DNA of 64,000 bases from Candidatus Cloacimonadales bacterium (GCA_963665815.1 OY762463.1:3360001-3424000), one strand, 5' to 3'. Counted from the first letter of the stretch, positions 20,617 to 31,963 are shown. Notes: a model not told the origin generated them from the letters alone. Numbers and translations: made by a program.

Positions 20617-21482
20617 ATTACAGCAGTATCCAAAAATCACTTGATTATATAGAATCTCATCTGGAAACAAATATTGAGTTAGAGAGAGTAGCTGAAAAAG
20701 CTGGCTATTCTCTCTATCATTTTCACAGGATATTTTCCGGTATAGCCGGCTATACTCTCAAGGAATACATAAGAAAGCGAAGACTTACACGTTCTGCCAG
20801 AATGCTTCAATTCACCCAAAAGTCTATTTCTGAGATTAGTCAGTTGTGTGGATTTAGATCTCAGGAGGCTTTTACTCGTGCCTTTTCTAAACATTTTAGC
20901 TGTACTCCGCATAGATTTCGCAAATCTGATTCACCTTTTGATTACACAAATCAGATAAAGGTTGGTGAGACTGAGTCTAACACTTTTGAAATAAAAGTCA
21001 GAACTAAAGAGGTTGCTGATTTCTCAATCTGTGGACTTTCAGCACGTGTTTCTCCAAACAACCCTAAACTGAAAACACTCTGGGCTGATTTATGGAAATA
21101 CGCAGATTCATTTGATATGCAGAACTGCAATGGTTTTTATGCACTCAGTACTTCTACCGAAGTAAAAAGTGATTTGCCGATTTTTGATTATCTGGTTGGA
21201 CTTAAACCTGAGTATATGCGAAGCATTCCGGATGGATTTGTAACAAGAGAGGTCAAAGGTGGAACTTTCCTGATTTTTGAGTACAAAGAAGGGCTTGATA
21301 AACTGGATGACTATTTTTTGTATCTTTTCTCTAATTGGTTACCTGCCAACGGATACAAGGCAAGAGATTTCGATCTGGAGTTCTACAATAAGACTTTCTC
21401 AGCAGAAAATGAGGATTCTGTTATTGCGATAATGGTGTCGGTGGAGAAAATCAACTTTGTTCAGAAAAAATCATCATCATAA
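20613..21482 (+). CDS. AraC-family regulator with GyrI-like effector domain
   Basis: DYIESHL...YSLYHFHRIF...YIRKRRL...GFRSQEAFTRAF, plus C-terminal WLP/E motifs. Confidence 0.9.
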   Translation: MNYSSIQKSLDYIESHLETNIELERVAEKAGYSLYHFHRIFSGIAGYTLKEYIRKRRLTRSARMLQFTQKSISEISQLCGFRSQEAFTRAFSKHFSCTPHRFRKSDSPFDYTNQIKVGETESNTFEIKVRTKEVADFSICGLSARVSPNNPKLKTLWADLWKYADSFDMQNCNGFYALSTSTEVKSDLPIFDYLVGLKPEYMRSIPDGFVTREVKGGTFLIFEYKEGLDKLDDYFLYLFSNWLPANGYKARDFDLEFYNKTFSAENEDSVIAIMVSVEKINFVQKKSSS

Positions 21483-21668
21483 CTATTTTTATTGAAACAA
21501 TTAAAACAAAACTAAGTTTTTAACATAAAGCAGGAAAAGTACAGCATTTTCGGGAATCACAAACCAGAAACAAAGAAATTGAGTGCTGTAATCTGAAGTT
21601 TTATGTGTAGTGCAGAACACAGACTATTCAAAGGATATTTCTGCTTAAACTCAATAATAGGAGTACCT

Positions 21669-22832
21669 ATGCGAAAAATTAGTTTTTTATTATTTTTAGT
21701 AAATATTCTTGTAATCCATGCAGTCAAAATTAAAGAAATTGAGTCTGTAAAGATTATGGATGATGACAATTCTATCGAAACCAGTTCCTGCGTTTATTCT
21801 CCCTTGGAAAAATGCCTTTTTATTGCAACATCAACAAATGATACTATCATCAAAATTGCTCACAACAGTGAACCAAATGTAAATGAAACTGCAAGGAGAT
21901 ATCTCTACTACCCGGAAATCGGAGAATTACACAACGTTGAACTGAAAACAGGATTCTCCAATGGAGCAATCAATATGATTGAGTTTGCACAATGCTCTGA
22001 TGATACGCTCTTTCTCAAAAGCAACAGGCTTGGTAGAGTAAACGCTTATAGAATGAACAAGGGGAAACTTGATTTCAGTTACTCCATTGATATTCAACAT
22101 AAAGCAAGATATTCAGTATTCACTAAACTCGGACAAAATCTTTATCTTTCCGGTTGTTCGGAAATGGGAGAACATGATGCGCTTCTTGGTGAATTCAAAA
22201 TTGTTGCGGATACAGATTTTGAAGAATCAATGAATATAGAACCATGCAGAGCGTTTATATCAGAAGAGAAGTACTCTAGCATGCAAGGTGACAGTCTGTT
22301 GAAAAAACTTAAGAAATACGATAGTTTAAGTGTATTTATCAAAGATGTTTTCCAGACAATGTTCAGTGAGTGCGCTTACCAGAATATATTTGTTCTGGAG
22401 CATAACAATAGAAAATTTGCAGTAAATTCATATGGTATAGATATTCTTGAAATAGACCAGGATACTGTAACATGTATATCTGATATTGACGTCGTAAAGG
22501 AAATGAGAAAGGCTGATAACGATATTATCAACAGCATCAAGATTAATCCGTTCCAGAACAACAAGTATTCTCACGTGAAAAAAGTCTTTAATGATGAGTT
22601 TAAGAATGTCGTTATGCTTTACTATCAACGTTCAGACAGAATAAAAGAAATCAGTAAGGATCCTGCGGACTATCTTATTATAAAATATCTGAAAAAATCA
22701 GGAAAAAGAAGTGAGCGCAAGCTGGCTTTAGATTTCATTCCTGTTCACTACGATCAGAATAAGCGAATATTCCACGGATTGAAGAACATAGAAGGAGAAA
22801 TCTATTACGTAAAATACAAGCTGAAGGTATAG
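21669..22832 (+). CDS. Hypothetical exported protein (possible beta-propeller)
   Basis: Long ORF, AGGAG RBS before the ATG at 21669, signal peptide. Confidence 0.6.
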   Translation: MRKISFLLFLVNILVIHAVKIKEIESVKIMDDDNSIETSSCVYSPLEKCLFIATSTNDTIIKIAHNSEPNVNETARRYLYYPEIGELHNVELKTGFSNGAINMIEFAQCSDDTLFLKSNRLGRVNAYRMNKGKLDFSYSIDIQHKARYSVFTKLGQNLYLSGCSEMGEHDALLGEFKIVADTDFEESMNIEPCRAFISEEKYSSMQGDSLLKKLKKYDSLSVFIKDVFQTMFSECAYQNIFVLEHNNRKFAVNSYGIDILEIDQDTVTCISDIDVVKEMRKADNDIINSIKINPFQNNKYSHVKKVFNDEFKNVVMLYYQRSDRIKEISKDPADYLIIKYLKKSGKRSERKLALDFIPVHYDQNKRIFHGLKNIEGEIYYVKYKLKV

Positions 22833-22833
22833 T

Positions 22834-23406
22834 ATGAACAGAATTATCATATTCTTGTCAGTAATTATTTCGACTGTACTCTGGGCTGATGATCTTGATT
22901 TTGACAAAAAGATTTCCAAAGCCTATGATTATTCCAAGATCAATGATTCGCTGCTGTTTAAATATGACCTGACAGATATTCACGGAAAGCCCGTTGACAG
23001 ATCGAACGTTATATACAATACGGATGAACCGTTACTTGTCTGCATTGCTACCCCATATTCATGCTCTCATGTGAATAAGGGTATGTATAAATTCCTGAAT
23101 GACTGTACAGAGATAGATTCGATGAGAACATGCTTTATTTTCGAAAACCATTATTTAAAAGATACAATCAGGAAGTTCCGAAAAATTGAAGAGTATTTCA
23201 GCAAAGGAACAAGATGTTTTTTTGACACGGAAGGAAGAAATGCAGAATTGCTTAAATTTGATGATACCGGAAACAATTATTGGATTGTTATTCTGAAAAA
23301 CCAGAAGATAATACATGTTGCAGGATTTTCGGAATATGTTACAGATTTTAATTTAGTTGAGGAACTTCAAAAGAAAATAGATGAATTATGGATGGAGGAA
23401 AAATGA
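22834..23406 (+). CDS. Hypothetical exported protein, possible thioredoxin-like fold
   Basis: Signal peptide and LTDIHGKPV...LLVCIATPYSCSH resembling a redoxin N-terminus. Translationally coupled. Confidence 0.5.
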   Translation: MNRIIIFLSVIISTVLWADDLDFDKKISKAYDYSKINDSLLFKYDLTDIHGKPVDRSNVIYNTDEPLLVCIATPYSCSHVNKGMYKFLNDCTEIDSMRTCFIFENHYLKDTIRKFRKIEEYFSKGTRCFFDTEGRNAELLKFDDTGNNYWIVILKNQKIIHVAGFSEYVTDFNLVEELQKKIDELWMEEK

Positions 23407-23999
23407 AAAAAATGCTGATGATTGTTATTTGCTTATTAGTGATAAATATACTTGCTGCAGAGAACTGCAAAGAAATCAACACATGTGGATACAAAATAAT
23501 ACTCGAACCCCCTGCAGAATATGTGGATTATCGTTTTCCAACTGAGGAGAATACTCAGTTTAATATTTGCTATGTGGATTCAGATACTCTCAGATTTGAC
23601 AAAGGAATAATCTGGATAAACAATGATATGGTTGGACTGATAAATCCGGAAGATAGTCTGGAATTAAAAAAAGGTCAGATATATTGTAATGGAGTCCTTC
23701 AAAAACCAGTGAAAAACTATAGATATCATGGATTTTTCGCTGCAGGAGCTACAGAAAATAATGCAAGATTAGGAAAGCACTCATTAACAATTAAGCCTTT
23801 TCAAGATGGTGCTTCTCACTATAGCGCAGTCGTAAACGATATGGATACTCACTATTATCTACTGGATAAATACAAAGTCGAAATCCGCAACAATATGCTT
23901 TTCATTAATTTCAAAAATTATGGTAAGTTAAATAGAATTTCGGATATCCTCATCGACAATGATAAAATATACATCAATGGTGAAGAAGTTACACTGTAG
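23403..23999 (+). CDS. Hypothetical exported protein
   Basis: Signal peptide MKKMLMIVICLL, overlapping the upstream stop. Confidence 0.6.
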   Translation: MKKMLMIVICLLVINILAAENCKEINTCGYKIILEPPAEYVDYRFPTEENTQFNICYVDSDTLRFDKGIIWINNDMVGLINPEDSLELKKGQIYCNGVLQKPVKNYRYHGFFAAGATENNARLGKHSLTIKPFQDGASHYSAVVNDMDTHYYLLDKYKVEIRNNMLFINFKNYGKLNRISDILIDNDKIYINGEEVTL

Positions 24000-24023
24000 C
24001 ACTATAAAACAAAGCTTATTGAG

Positions 24024-24063
24024 ACCTGAATCATTACAATTACTGTAGATTCAGGTTTTTTTT
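24024..24063 (+). terminator. Rho-independent terminator between convergent genes
   Basis: ACCTGAATC/GATTCAGGT stem followed by a T-run. Confidence 0.6.
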
Positions 24064-24065
24064 AT

Positions 24066-26030
24066 CTATTCCGTAATAGCTTTTCTGGCTTTCAATATGA
24101 ACTTTGCTCTGTCCAGCGGACTGATTCCCTGATAAGGTCGTTCTACACCCTCAGACTCAGGGCATTTCTCATATCTATAGAATTCGGTCAGATACTGAGC
24201 TTTTCCACCGGAAAGTGATGCAAGTTCAATCTGGTACTGAAGAGAGCTTGCTACAGGAAGTTTACCTTTTATCTCGGCAATTCCATCAGAAATATCAGGA
24301 GTTTCAAAAGTGCCACGCATCAGGATAATATCGTTCATGACTTTCCCGCAAAGATCTTCTCTTATCTTTATCGTAAACCGATTAACAGGTTCAAGAAAGT
24401 CTGTTCCGCAGTTCTTTAATCCATTCATAATCCCCATTTGAGTTGCAACTATGAAATCACCAGGTCTACTGTGGACTTCATGGTCTTCTTCACCGATAAG
24501 GGTGATTCTCAGATCAGTAACTTCCCAGCCCCGGATTCCCTGTTTTAGAGCTTTACTTATAGTTGCTTCAATCTCGTTCTGGTATTTCCGGGCTATCTTA
24601 TCTACGCTGACTTTTGATTCATAATGAATTCCACTTCCGGTTTTACCCGGTTCAATTTCAAAGGTTACAACTGCCCAGCAAGGTTTAGGCATGGTGTATT
24701 CCTCGTAGCCTATACCTTTTGCAGATGGAGTTTCCTTGTATATAACAGTCGGATCAGTAAGTTTTACTTTTATGTTAAATCGATCAAATATCAGTTGCTC
24801 CAGAATCTGTATATGTATATATCCCATGATATCAATGTTAAATTCACGTTCGTCTTTCAACCATTGGAAATTCAGATTAGGTTCTTCAGAATTGAGTTTA
24901 TGCAGAGCTTCAGCAAGTTCGGAATACTGCTGCATATTTTCAGGGATAACCTGTACCTTCAGAGTTGCCGTGTTTATGGAAACATCTCTGATATCTATCT
25001 TATCACCAATAATATCACCCGTACAGCTTTCGGCAAGTCCTGTTACAACAGCAATATCGCCTGATTTGAGGGATTCTGTAGGGATCAGTCCCTTAGCTGA
25101 AGGTATTTTTATAAGATTCAGCTTTTCAGAAATCTGCATGGATTCGTTTCTGATAATATCCTTAGGTTTAAGCTCACCTGAGAAAAGCCTTATATAGGAA
25201 AGCTTACCAGCTTTATTGTCATATTTGGTATTGAAGATCACTCCAGAAACTTTATCTGATTGAGAGATCTCAGGAGCAGGAAGGAAATCAATTATAGTCG
25301 TCAGCAGATCGTTCATACCTTGCCCCAACTTAGCTGAACACATAACAACAGGACATACAACTCCTGATTTAACTGCTTTGACAAGACTTTCCTTGATCTC
25401 AGGGAATGTGATTTCCAATCCTTCGAGATACTTTTCCATTATTCTGTCATCATGCTCAGATGCAGTATCAATCAAATTCTCTTTATATTCAGAGTGTTTA
25501 TTGTAGTCAACACCATTGAAAGCAGAATCGCTTGAAACTTCGTCAGTTCTTTCATTTCTGATTTTGTTTACAACAAAGAAGCTTGTATTTAATCTTGTTT
25601 CAATATCTTCCAGAACTCTGTTAAGATCAGAATTCATTCTGTCTGTTTTGTTAACTGCAATGATACATGGGAGACTAAGGGTGCGAATTGCTTTCCAGAG
25701 CTTTTCTGTCTGAGCTTCAATTCCTTCAGCAGCAGATACAATCAGAATTATTCCGTCAAGAGCCATCAGTGATCTTTCAACTTCAGATGCAAAATCATTA
25801 TGCCCGGGAGTATCAATAATGTTAATCTTTGTGTTGTTCCACATAAAGGAAACAGTCGAGGCTCTTACGGTTATACCTCTCTGAATCTCTACATTCAAAC
25901 TGTCAGTTGTACTTTGTCCTTTATCAACGCTTCCGGGTGTTTTAAGTTCTCCTGCAAGATAAAGTATCTGCTCTGTAATAGTTGTTTTACCTGCATCAAC
26001 ATGGGCAAGTATTCCAATATTTCTAATCAT
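24066..26030 (-). CDS. TetM/TetO-like EF-G-family translational GTPase
   Basis: NIGILAHVDAGKTT, RGIT, IDTPGH, NKTD, domains II-V. Likely start MIRNIG at 26030. Confidence 0.85.
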   Translation of the reverse strand: MIRNIGILAHVDAGKTTITEQILYLAGELKTPGSVDKGQSTTDSLNVEIQRGITVRASTVSFMWNNTKINIIDTPGHNDFASEVERSLMALDGIILIVSAAEGIEAQTEKLWKAIRTLSLPCIIAVNKTDRMNSDLNRVLEDIETRLNTSFFVVNKIRNERTDEVSSDSAFNGVDYNKHSEYKENLIDTASEHDDRIMEKYLEGLEITFPEIKESLVKAVKSGVVCPVVMCSAKLGQGMNDLLTTIIDFLPAPEISQSDKVSGVIFNTKYDNKAGKLSYIRLFSGELKPKDIIRNESMQISEKLNLIKIPSAKGLIPTESLKSGDIAVVTGLAESCTGDIIGDKIDIRDVSINTATLKVQVIPENMQQYSELAEALHKLNSEEPNLNFQWLKDEREFNIDIMGYIHIQILEQLIFDRFNIKVKLTDPTVIYKETPSAKGIGYEEYTMPKPCWAVVTFEIEPGKTGSGIHYESKVSVDKIARKYQNEIEATISKALKQGIRGWEVTDLRITLIGEEDHEVHSRPGDFIVATQMGIMNGLKNCGTDFLEPVNRFTIKIREDLCGKVMNDIILMRGTFETPDISDGIAEIKGKLPVASSLQYQIELASLSGGKAQYLTEFYRYEKCPESEGVERPYQGISPLDRAKFILKARKAITE

Positions 26031-26192
26031 ATTATTCCGATCCTGTTTATAATATTTCAAAAACATCATGTACTGTCTGGAAGTAAAGCATTTTTCTTGA
26101 AGCAGTTGTTTACTACTGTAATAATTTGAATAAAATGTATTGACCATTCTGACTGATTGATAATTTTGAAAGAAAAACTACGGATTTGTTTA

Positions 26193-27920
26193 ATGAAATA
26201 TCTTGCCTTTATTATTATTGCTTTACTTCTGTTTTCCTGTTCATCTCAAAAAATGAGTGTATCAGAACCGTTATCACATCATGAAGATCTAACACCCATT
26301 GCAGCAGATTCAGTTGAAGTGGTGGACACTGTTGTTGTCGAAATCCCTGAAATAGAAGAAGAATGGCTTCCTCTTGATTCTTTACCTGTTGTTTCTTACA
26401 GAAAACCGGATTTATCAACTTTTGGGAATGACATTATTATAAATGGTAAAATAGTTAAGGATACTGTTTTCTCAGAGAAAATCTGTTTCAATAAATCAGA
26501 AAATTACTCTGCGGTAAAAGGTGTTACAGTTTTCAGGGGAAACAATTACAGAGACAATCCGGTGTATGGAAGTCTTACAATTAAAGAAAAGAAACTGGTT
26601 AAATGCTGGTCTGCTGATGCAGGCAAAATAGATGGCTGGAATGGAGTAGGGTGGACAGGACAACCGGCAATAATACAGTGGGATGACAGTGTAAGAGCAG
26701 CAATGAATCTACCGGATTCGGTCAAATCAGATACAGCTTTCACAGAGGTAATCTGTTCAACCCTTGGTGGGAAGATTAGATTCCTTAATCTGAAAACCGG
26801 TGATTCAACCCGGGCTGATATCAATATTGGATTCAGCATGAAGGGCAGTGTAATGATTGATCCACGCGGTTATCCTTTATTATATCAGGGAATGGGACTG
26901 AATGTAAACGGGAAGAAAAAGAAACCTTTCAATTATTACATCTATAATTTATTGGATCAGAAGAGAATGTATACAATACCCGGATACAACAAGTTTGTTC
27001 ATCGTGGTTGGGGTGCATTCGACTCCTCTGCTCTGGTAAATATAAACACTGATAATCTTATCCTCTGCGGTGAAAATGCTATGATATACAGGATTAAGTT
27101 GAACACAGAATTTTCTGCTTCCAGAAAGAAATTGTCAATAAATCCAGAGCCTGTCATGTACAGATATACACACAGTAAATACGGCAAAATAGGAATAGAA
27201 AGTTCTCCTTCAATATACAGGAATTTCCTGTATTGCACAGATAATAGCGGTTTGCTCCAATGTGTCGACTTGAATCGTATGAAGCCTGTCTGGACAGCCG
27301 AGTTACTCGATGATTCAGATGCATCAATATCTCTGGAACAAACAGGAGACAGTGTTTTTATCTATACAGGTAATGAAGTTGATCACCGAGGGAAAAAAGC
27401 ATATAAGCAGGCTAAGAAAAAGAAGGGTTTCAACAAAAAGAAGTATAAGTACAAAGATTTCTGCAGTTTGTTCAAGTTCAATGCCATGACAGGAGAGAAA
27501 ATATGGGAGAAACGGCTGGAAACGGTATATAACTCTTATGTAAATGGAGGATTGCTTGGATCACCATTAATTGGTAAAAAATCAATTTCGGAGATGGTAT
27601 TTTTTAATGTTGCAAGAATACATGACGGGAAAAACGGAATGCTTATCGCCGTGAATAAAGAAACAGGAGATGAGATATGGAGAATTGAGTTCCCTGTATT
27701 CAGTTGGTCTTCACCGGTTGCAGTTTATCCTGAGAATGGAGGATCATACATTATATGCGGAACAACAGGTGGTTATGTTTATTTGATAGATGCAGAAAAA
27801 GGTGTTGTTGTTAATAAAGTCGATTTGAAAGGTGCAGTTGAAAGCAGTCCTGCAGTCTTCAATGATTATTGTGTTGTCGGAACAAAAGCCGGTAAAATCT
27901 GGTGTTTAAGGATCAAGTAA
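26193..27920 (+). CDS. PQQ-repeat-like beta-propeller lipoprotein
   Basis: Lipobox LFSC, FRGN..R, repeated SSP..., and TG...W blade motifs. Confidence 0.75.
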   Translation: MKYLAFIIIALLLFSCSSQKMSVSEPLSHHEDLTPIAADSVEVVDTVVVEIPEIEEEWLPLDSLPVVSYRKPDLSTFGNDIIINGKIVKDTVFSEKICFNKSENYSAVKGVTVFRGNNYRDNPVYGSLTIKEKKLVKCWSADAGKIDGWNGVGWTGQPAIIQWDDSVRAAMNLPDSVKSDTAFTEVICSTLGGKIRFLNLKTGDSTRADINIGFSMKGSVMIDPRGYPLLYQGMGLNVNGKKKKPFNYYIYNLLDQKRMYTIPGYNKFVHRGWGAFDSSALVNINTDNLILCGENAMIYRIKLNTEFSASRKKLSINPEPVMYRYTHSKYGKIGIESSPSIYRNFLYCTDNSGLLQCVDLNRMKPVWTAELLDDSDASISLEQTGDSVFIYTGNEVDHRGKKAYKQAKKKKGFNKKKYKYKDFCSLFKFNAMTGEKIWEKRLETVYNSYVNGGLLGSPLIGKKSISEMVFFNVARIHDGKNGMLIAVNKETGDEIWRIEFPVFSWSSPVAVYPENGGSYIICGTTGGYVYLIDAEKGVVVNKVDLKGAVESSPAVFNDYCVVGTKAGKIWCLRIK

Positions 27921-27931
27921 GGATTGATGAT

Positions 27932-29026
27932 ATGAAAGATTTTGTACTACAGAGATATCCTTATAATCCCGAGGATCTATTTCAGGCTTGGAATGCAGCA
28001 GATGAATACATTGTTGATTATATAAAAGACAATAATATTGAAAGCAAAAGAGTATTAATTATTGAAGATGAATTTGGAGCTCTTGGCTGTGGTGTAAAAG
28101 CTGAAGTTAAGTATTTTGTTAATGATTCTATACTTTCATTAAGAGGAATAGAAATCAATAGAGAAGTGAATTTTGTTGAAGATAAAGCTGTGTATTTGTC
28201 TCCATTCGATGAATTTCCAAGAGATATTGACCTTGTTCTGATGAAGATACCCAAAGTGAATACTTACTTTGAATTTATTCTTGATAAGCTCAATTGTCTT
28301 GATCTGAATATTCCGATCATTGCCGGGGGCATGGATAAACATCTTAATCAGACTGTTTACAAGATATTCAATAATTATTGCAATAAAGTTACATTATCAA
28401 AAGGTTGGAGAAAATCCAGATTGATTTTTGGAGAAACAGGATCCTGTAGATATAAACGTAAATTTTTCCAGGAATATAATGCAGATGGAATGTTGCTCAG
28501 GAATTTCCCTAACACATTCAGTCAGGCAAGACTTGATCATGGAACTTCGTTACTGATGGAAAAGTTCAAATCGGAGTTGGATAATATTGTAAGAGTGCTT
28601 GATATTGGGTGTGGTAACGGAGTTCTGGGTTTGTTTCTCGGTAAGAAATATAATAAAGCAGAGCTGCTTTTTAATGATATATCATATTCGGCAATAGAAT
28701 CTGCGAAGTATAATGCTGAAGCAAATCAGGCTCTTGATAAATCATCGTTTTACATGTGTTATGCTGCTTCAGAAGTACCTTCAAACTATGTTGATATTGT
28801 AGTATGTAATCCACCTTTCCATGATAACCATAAGGTCAGTGTGCATGCCACAAATGATATGTTCAAAGAAATCAGACGAATTCTGAAATGCGACGGGGAA
28901 CTGCATATAGTATCTAACAGGCATCTGAATTACTATTACTCCCTTAAGAGAATTTTCGGTAATTGTACTACCTACAGTGCAGATAAAAGATTTGTTATAT
29001 GCAGGAGTGAGAAAAATTGCAGATAA
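27932..29026 (+). CDS. rlmG: RlmG-like rRNA guanine N2-methyltransferase
   Basis: LQRYP...QAWNAADEY, DEFGAL, KIPK, FS..RLD.GT, LDIGCGNG, CNPPFH, NRHL.Y. Confidence 0.8.
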   Translation: MKDFVLQRYPYNPEDLFQAWNAADEYIVDYIKDNNIESKRVLIIEDEFGALGCGVKAEVKYFVNDSILSLRGIEINREVNFVEDKAVYLSPFDEFPRDIDLVLMKIPKVNTYFEFILDKLNCLDLNIPIIAGGMDKHLNQTVYKIFNNYCNKVTLSKGWRKSRLIFGETGSCRYKRKFFQEYNADGMLLRNFPNTFSQARLDHGTSLLMEKFKSELDNIVRVLDIGCGNGVLGLFLGKKYNKAELLFNDISYSAIESAKYNAEANQALDKSSFYMCYAASEVPSNYVDIVVCNPPFHDNHKVSVHATNDMFKEIRRILKCDGELHIVSNRHLNYYYSLKRIFGNCTTYSADKRFVICRSEKNCR

Positions 29027-29058
29027 TCAACAGCTCAGTATTGTACAAATATCTTAGA

Positions 29059-31833
29059 TTACTTCATCAAAACCATTTTCACGGTTTTTGAGACACCGGT
29101 AGCAGAAAACTTACAGAAATAAACTCCTGAACTTACTTGTTTGCTTTGAATATCCAGTCCATTCCATTCGATTTTGTGGAAACCTGATTCCAGTCTTTTG
29201 TTAATCAAAGTTTTAACAACCTGCCCTTTAATGTTGTATATTGTAATATTTACATGCGAATCTTCCACAAGGTTAAAAGACAAGTGCGTAGAGGGATTGA
29301 ACGGGTTAGGATAGCAATTTATTGTTTTTATGAATTCTGCCGGAGAACAATCATTTTTATCATCAGCAGAACCGAAGTACTCATTTACTCCGATATCAAT
29401 AACATTTTTCGAATCTCTGTTCCCATCCCAGATTCTTATATTATTATCAATATCATAATAAGGGAAAGAATAATCATTAATAATATCTGTACCCTGATCT
29501 ATACAGGGAGATGTTCTAGATAAATCGAATTTAACATCAGTTTCATCAATGAAATCAGGATTATCCCAGATTACGGCTTCTTTATAAATATTGTTACTTG
29601 CAGTAATATATCCTGAAGCTGTTTTGTTAAGTAGACAGTTAATCAGAGATGTATTACAATTCTGATCAATAATCAATGGAGAAGAGAAAATTTCTGAATA
29701 AATGATAGAATTAACAAAATTAATATCAGATTTTATGGCATAAATTCTCTGGTCGATCAGATTAGAATTAATCACATTCATCTGACTGTTATTCAGTTTT
29801 ATATGATTGTCTGTTGATGTGTTATCTGTAAATATTGCATTATCTAATGTTATTGTTGAATTATCAGTTATCATAACTCCGGAGTAATCTGTTTGAGCTC
29901 CTATCTGTGTATTATTATATATTTTACAGAGTCTCATGGACAGATTAGAATCTTTCACATATACAACTGCTGATAATCGCTCGGTTCTGCCTTCTTCAAG
30001 AGTATAAACCGTGTTATTTCTTATTTCACAGTTTGTCATTTCTACAGAGGCATTTTTCCTGATGAATAGATTATTTTCTCCAATACTGAGAATATTAGAT
30101 ATATGGCAGTAATTAATGGTATTTTCTGAAGAACTTTCTCCTGTAAATCTGATTCCATCCCAGTAATCTTCAGAAGATGTAATTATAACCGGAGCAGTAT
30201 CAGTTCCTTCGATATTAAGAGTTCCGTACACAAACAACTCTGAATGAGGAGCCATAATAACGGTGGTACCAGCTTTAATATTAAGCTCGGCATTTGCTTT
30301 AATTGCCAGGTCACCAGATACATAAACAGTATCCGATTCCCACACTGTATTTTCTGAAATTGTTACTTCCGTAACAACACCATCAACACAATTTCCGGAA
30401 ACTTTGACGGAATCAGATGTGATTCCATTCAGATCAGTACAGATTGAGATATTACCTTTATATTCTCCTTCAGATAAAGGATTAAAATAAACATGAATCT
30501 CTGTGAATGTGTCCGGGGAAACAGCAATATCATTTAATATTGCTCTACGCTGAAATGATCCGTCTCCAAGGGTATAACCCTCTGGGGCGGAAATCTCAGA
30601 TATCAAAAGAGTATGATTTGTATTGTTGAACAATGAGAATGTCATTTCTGATTCACTATTGCTGATCCCCTGTACAGGGAAAGACAGCGAATCCGTGTTA
30701 GTAATAAAAGGAGGAAGGAAATCAGTGTTATTCAGATTCAATTTTGTAAAGATTTTACAATCTTTATCCCAGTTGTATAAGTACGTGTTATTGTCTATAT
30801 CAGTAACTGTATTATCTGCTGATAACTCACTTTTAAACAATTTGAATGAAGTTCTTTCATCGAAAATACTGAATTCTGAATTAGAATACCCTAAAATTTT
30901 GTTTACTCCACCAATATTAATTGTTGTATAATTATTATATGCCGCATCATTCAGCTCGAGGGAAACAGATTTTGTTTCCGGATTTATCAACAAACCTTTA
31001 TTATATCTGGAATGTGTGTTGAGAAGAATAGAGTTATCGAAAGTATACAAATCAGCATAATTCAGTTCTTCATCAGATTCGTAAATTATCGAAGTAGTAT
31101 TAAGAGATGCCGGGTCAACAGTATAAATTCTTGTGTTAATGTATTCAGTTTTACCGGTACTGCTGTTGGTGTTCTTTCTGATATTTAATCCGTAACAATT
31201 TCCGTATTCAGTGAAGAGAAGTTGATTTCCAAACAAGTTTGAATGATTGGAATATTGAAGTGTATTATCATTAAATTCAAGAACAAGTGTTTTACCTTGT
31301 GATACTGTAGTCCCATCTTTCTTTATCACATCAAAGATGTATGGTAAGTAGATCAGATTAGTATCTTCCCGGTAGATAATATTTTTGATACTGTAAAAAG
31401 TGGCATAGTCTTCGGGGGTGTTATCTGAATGAGTGTATGAGCTGACAAGATCAGATGTACTGAGATCATACAGATAAACAGAAAAAGTGTTGTGATGAGT
31501 AAGTTCCCCAACTTTGCACTCATCACGGACAACTGTTAAAAGATATAAGTTTCTTTCATAGCTGAAAACTCTGAACAACTGAACAGATTGATTGAGTTCT
31601 AAAAGAATGTTAGTAGAATCGTCGGTTAGTTCGGCAATGATATTGTTACCGGTATTGCTTATACCGTGCACAATAACAGTACTAGAGTTGTTTCCGGAAA
31701 CATCAAACATTTGAGCAGAACTGATTTCCCTAAAATCAAATAACTCAGTTTGCTCTAAAAGAGTCGAAATATCAATATTTCCCCAAAGACAAACAGCAAA
31801 AAGATACAAAAACAGTATCATACACTTTTTCAT
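29059..31833 (-). CDS. Large secreted protein: Ig-like domain, right-handed beta-helix, FlgD-Ig/T9SS-like C-terminal domain
   Basis: Signal peptide, W.SDTVYV.GDL.I...L.I.AGT, SPCIDQG...DIG..E, YPNPFNP C-terminal domain. Confidence 0.8.
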   Translation of the reverse strand: MKKCMILFLYLFAVCLWGNIDISTLLEQTELFDFREISSAQMFDVSGNNSSTVIVHGISNTGNNIIAELTDDSTNILLELNQSVQLFRVFSYERNLYLLTVVRDECKVGELTHHNTFSVYLYDLSTSDLVSSYTHSDNTPEDYATFYSIKNIIYREDTNLIYLPYIFDVIKKDGTTVSQGKTLVLEFNDNTLQYSNHSNLFGNQLLFTEYGNCYGLNIRKNTNSSTGKTEYINTRIYTVDPASLNTTSIIYESDEELNYADLYTFDNSILLNTHSRYNKGLLINPETKSVSLELNDAAYNNYTTINIGGVNKILGYSNSEFSIFDERTSFKLFKSELSADNTVTDIDNNTYLYNWDKDCKIFTKLNLNNTDFLPPFITNTDSLSFPVQGISNSESEMTFSLFNNTNHTLLISEISAPEGYTLGDGSFQRRAILNDIAVSPDTFTEIHVYFNPLSEGEYKGNISICTDLNGITSDSVKVSGNCVDGVVTEVTISENTVWESDTVYVSGDLAIKANAELNIKAGTTVIMAPHSELFVYGTLNIEGTDTAPVIITSSEDYWDGIRFTGESSSENTINYCHISNILSIGENNLFIRKNASVEMTNCEIRNNTVYTLEEGRTERLSAVVYVKDSNLSMRLCKIYNNTQIGAQTDYSGVMITDNSTITLDNAIFTDNTSTDNHIKLNNSQMNVINSNLIDQRIYAIKSDINFVNSIIYSEIFSSPLIIDQNCNTSLINCLLNKTASGYITASNNIYKEAVIWDNPDFIDETDVKFDLSRTSPCIDQGTDIINDYSFPYYDIDNNIRIWDGNRDSKNVIDIGVNEYFGSADDKNDCSPAEFIKTINCYPNPFNPSTHLSFNLVEDSHVNITIYNIKGQVVKTLINKRLESGFHKIEWNGLDIQSKQVSSGVYFCKFSATGVSKTVKMVLMK

Positions 31834-31963
31834 GATTCCCCCGTGTTTATACCCCTATAAACAGGATCATTATTTTTTTAAGTGAATTAATGCAAATATT
31901 ATTCCATATTTTAAAAATTTCAAACAAAAAGTATTTGAAGTAAGAAAAAAAAGCAACCCTTTT

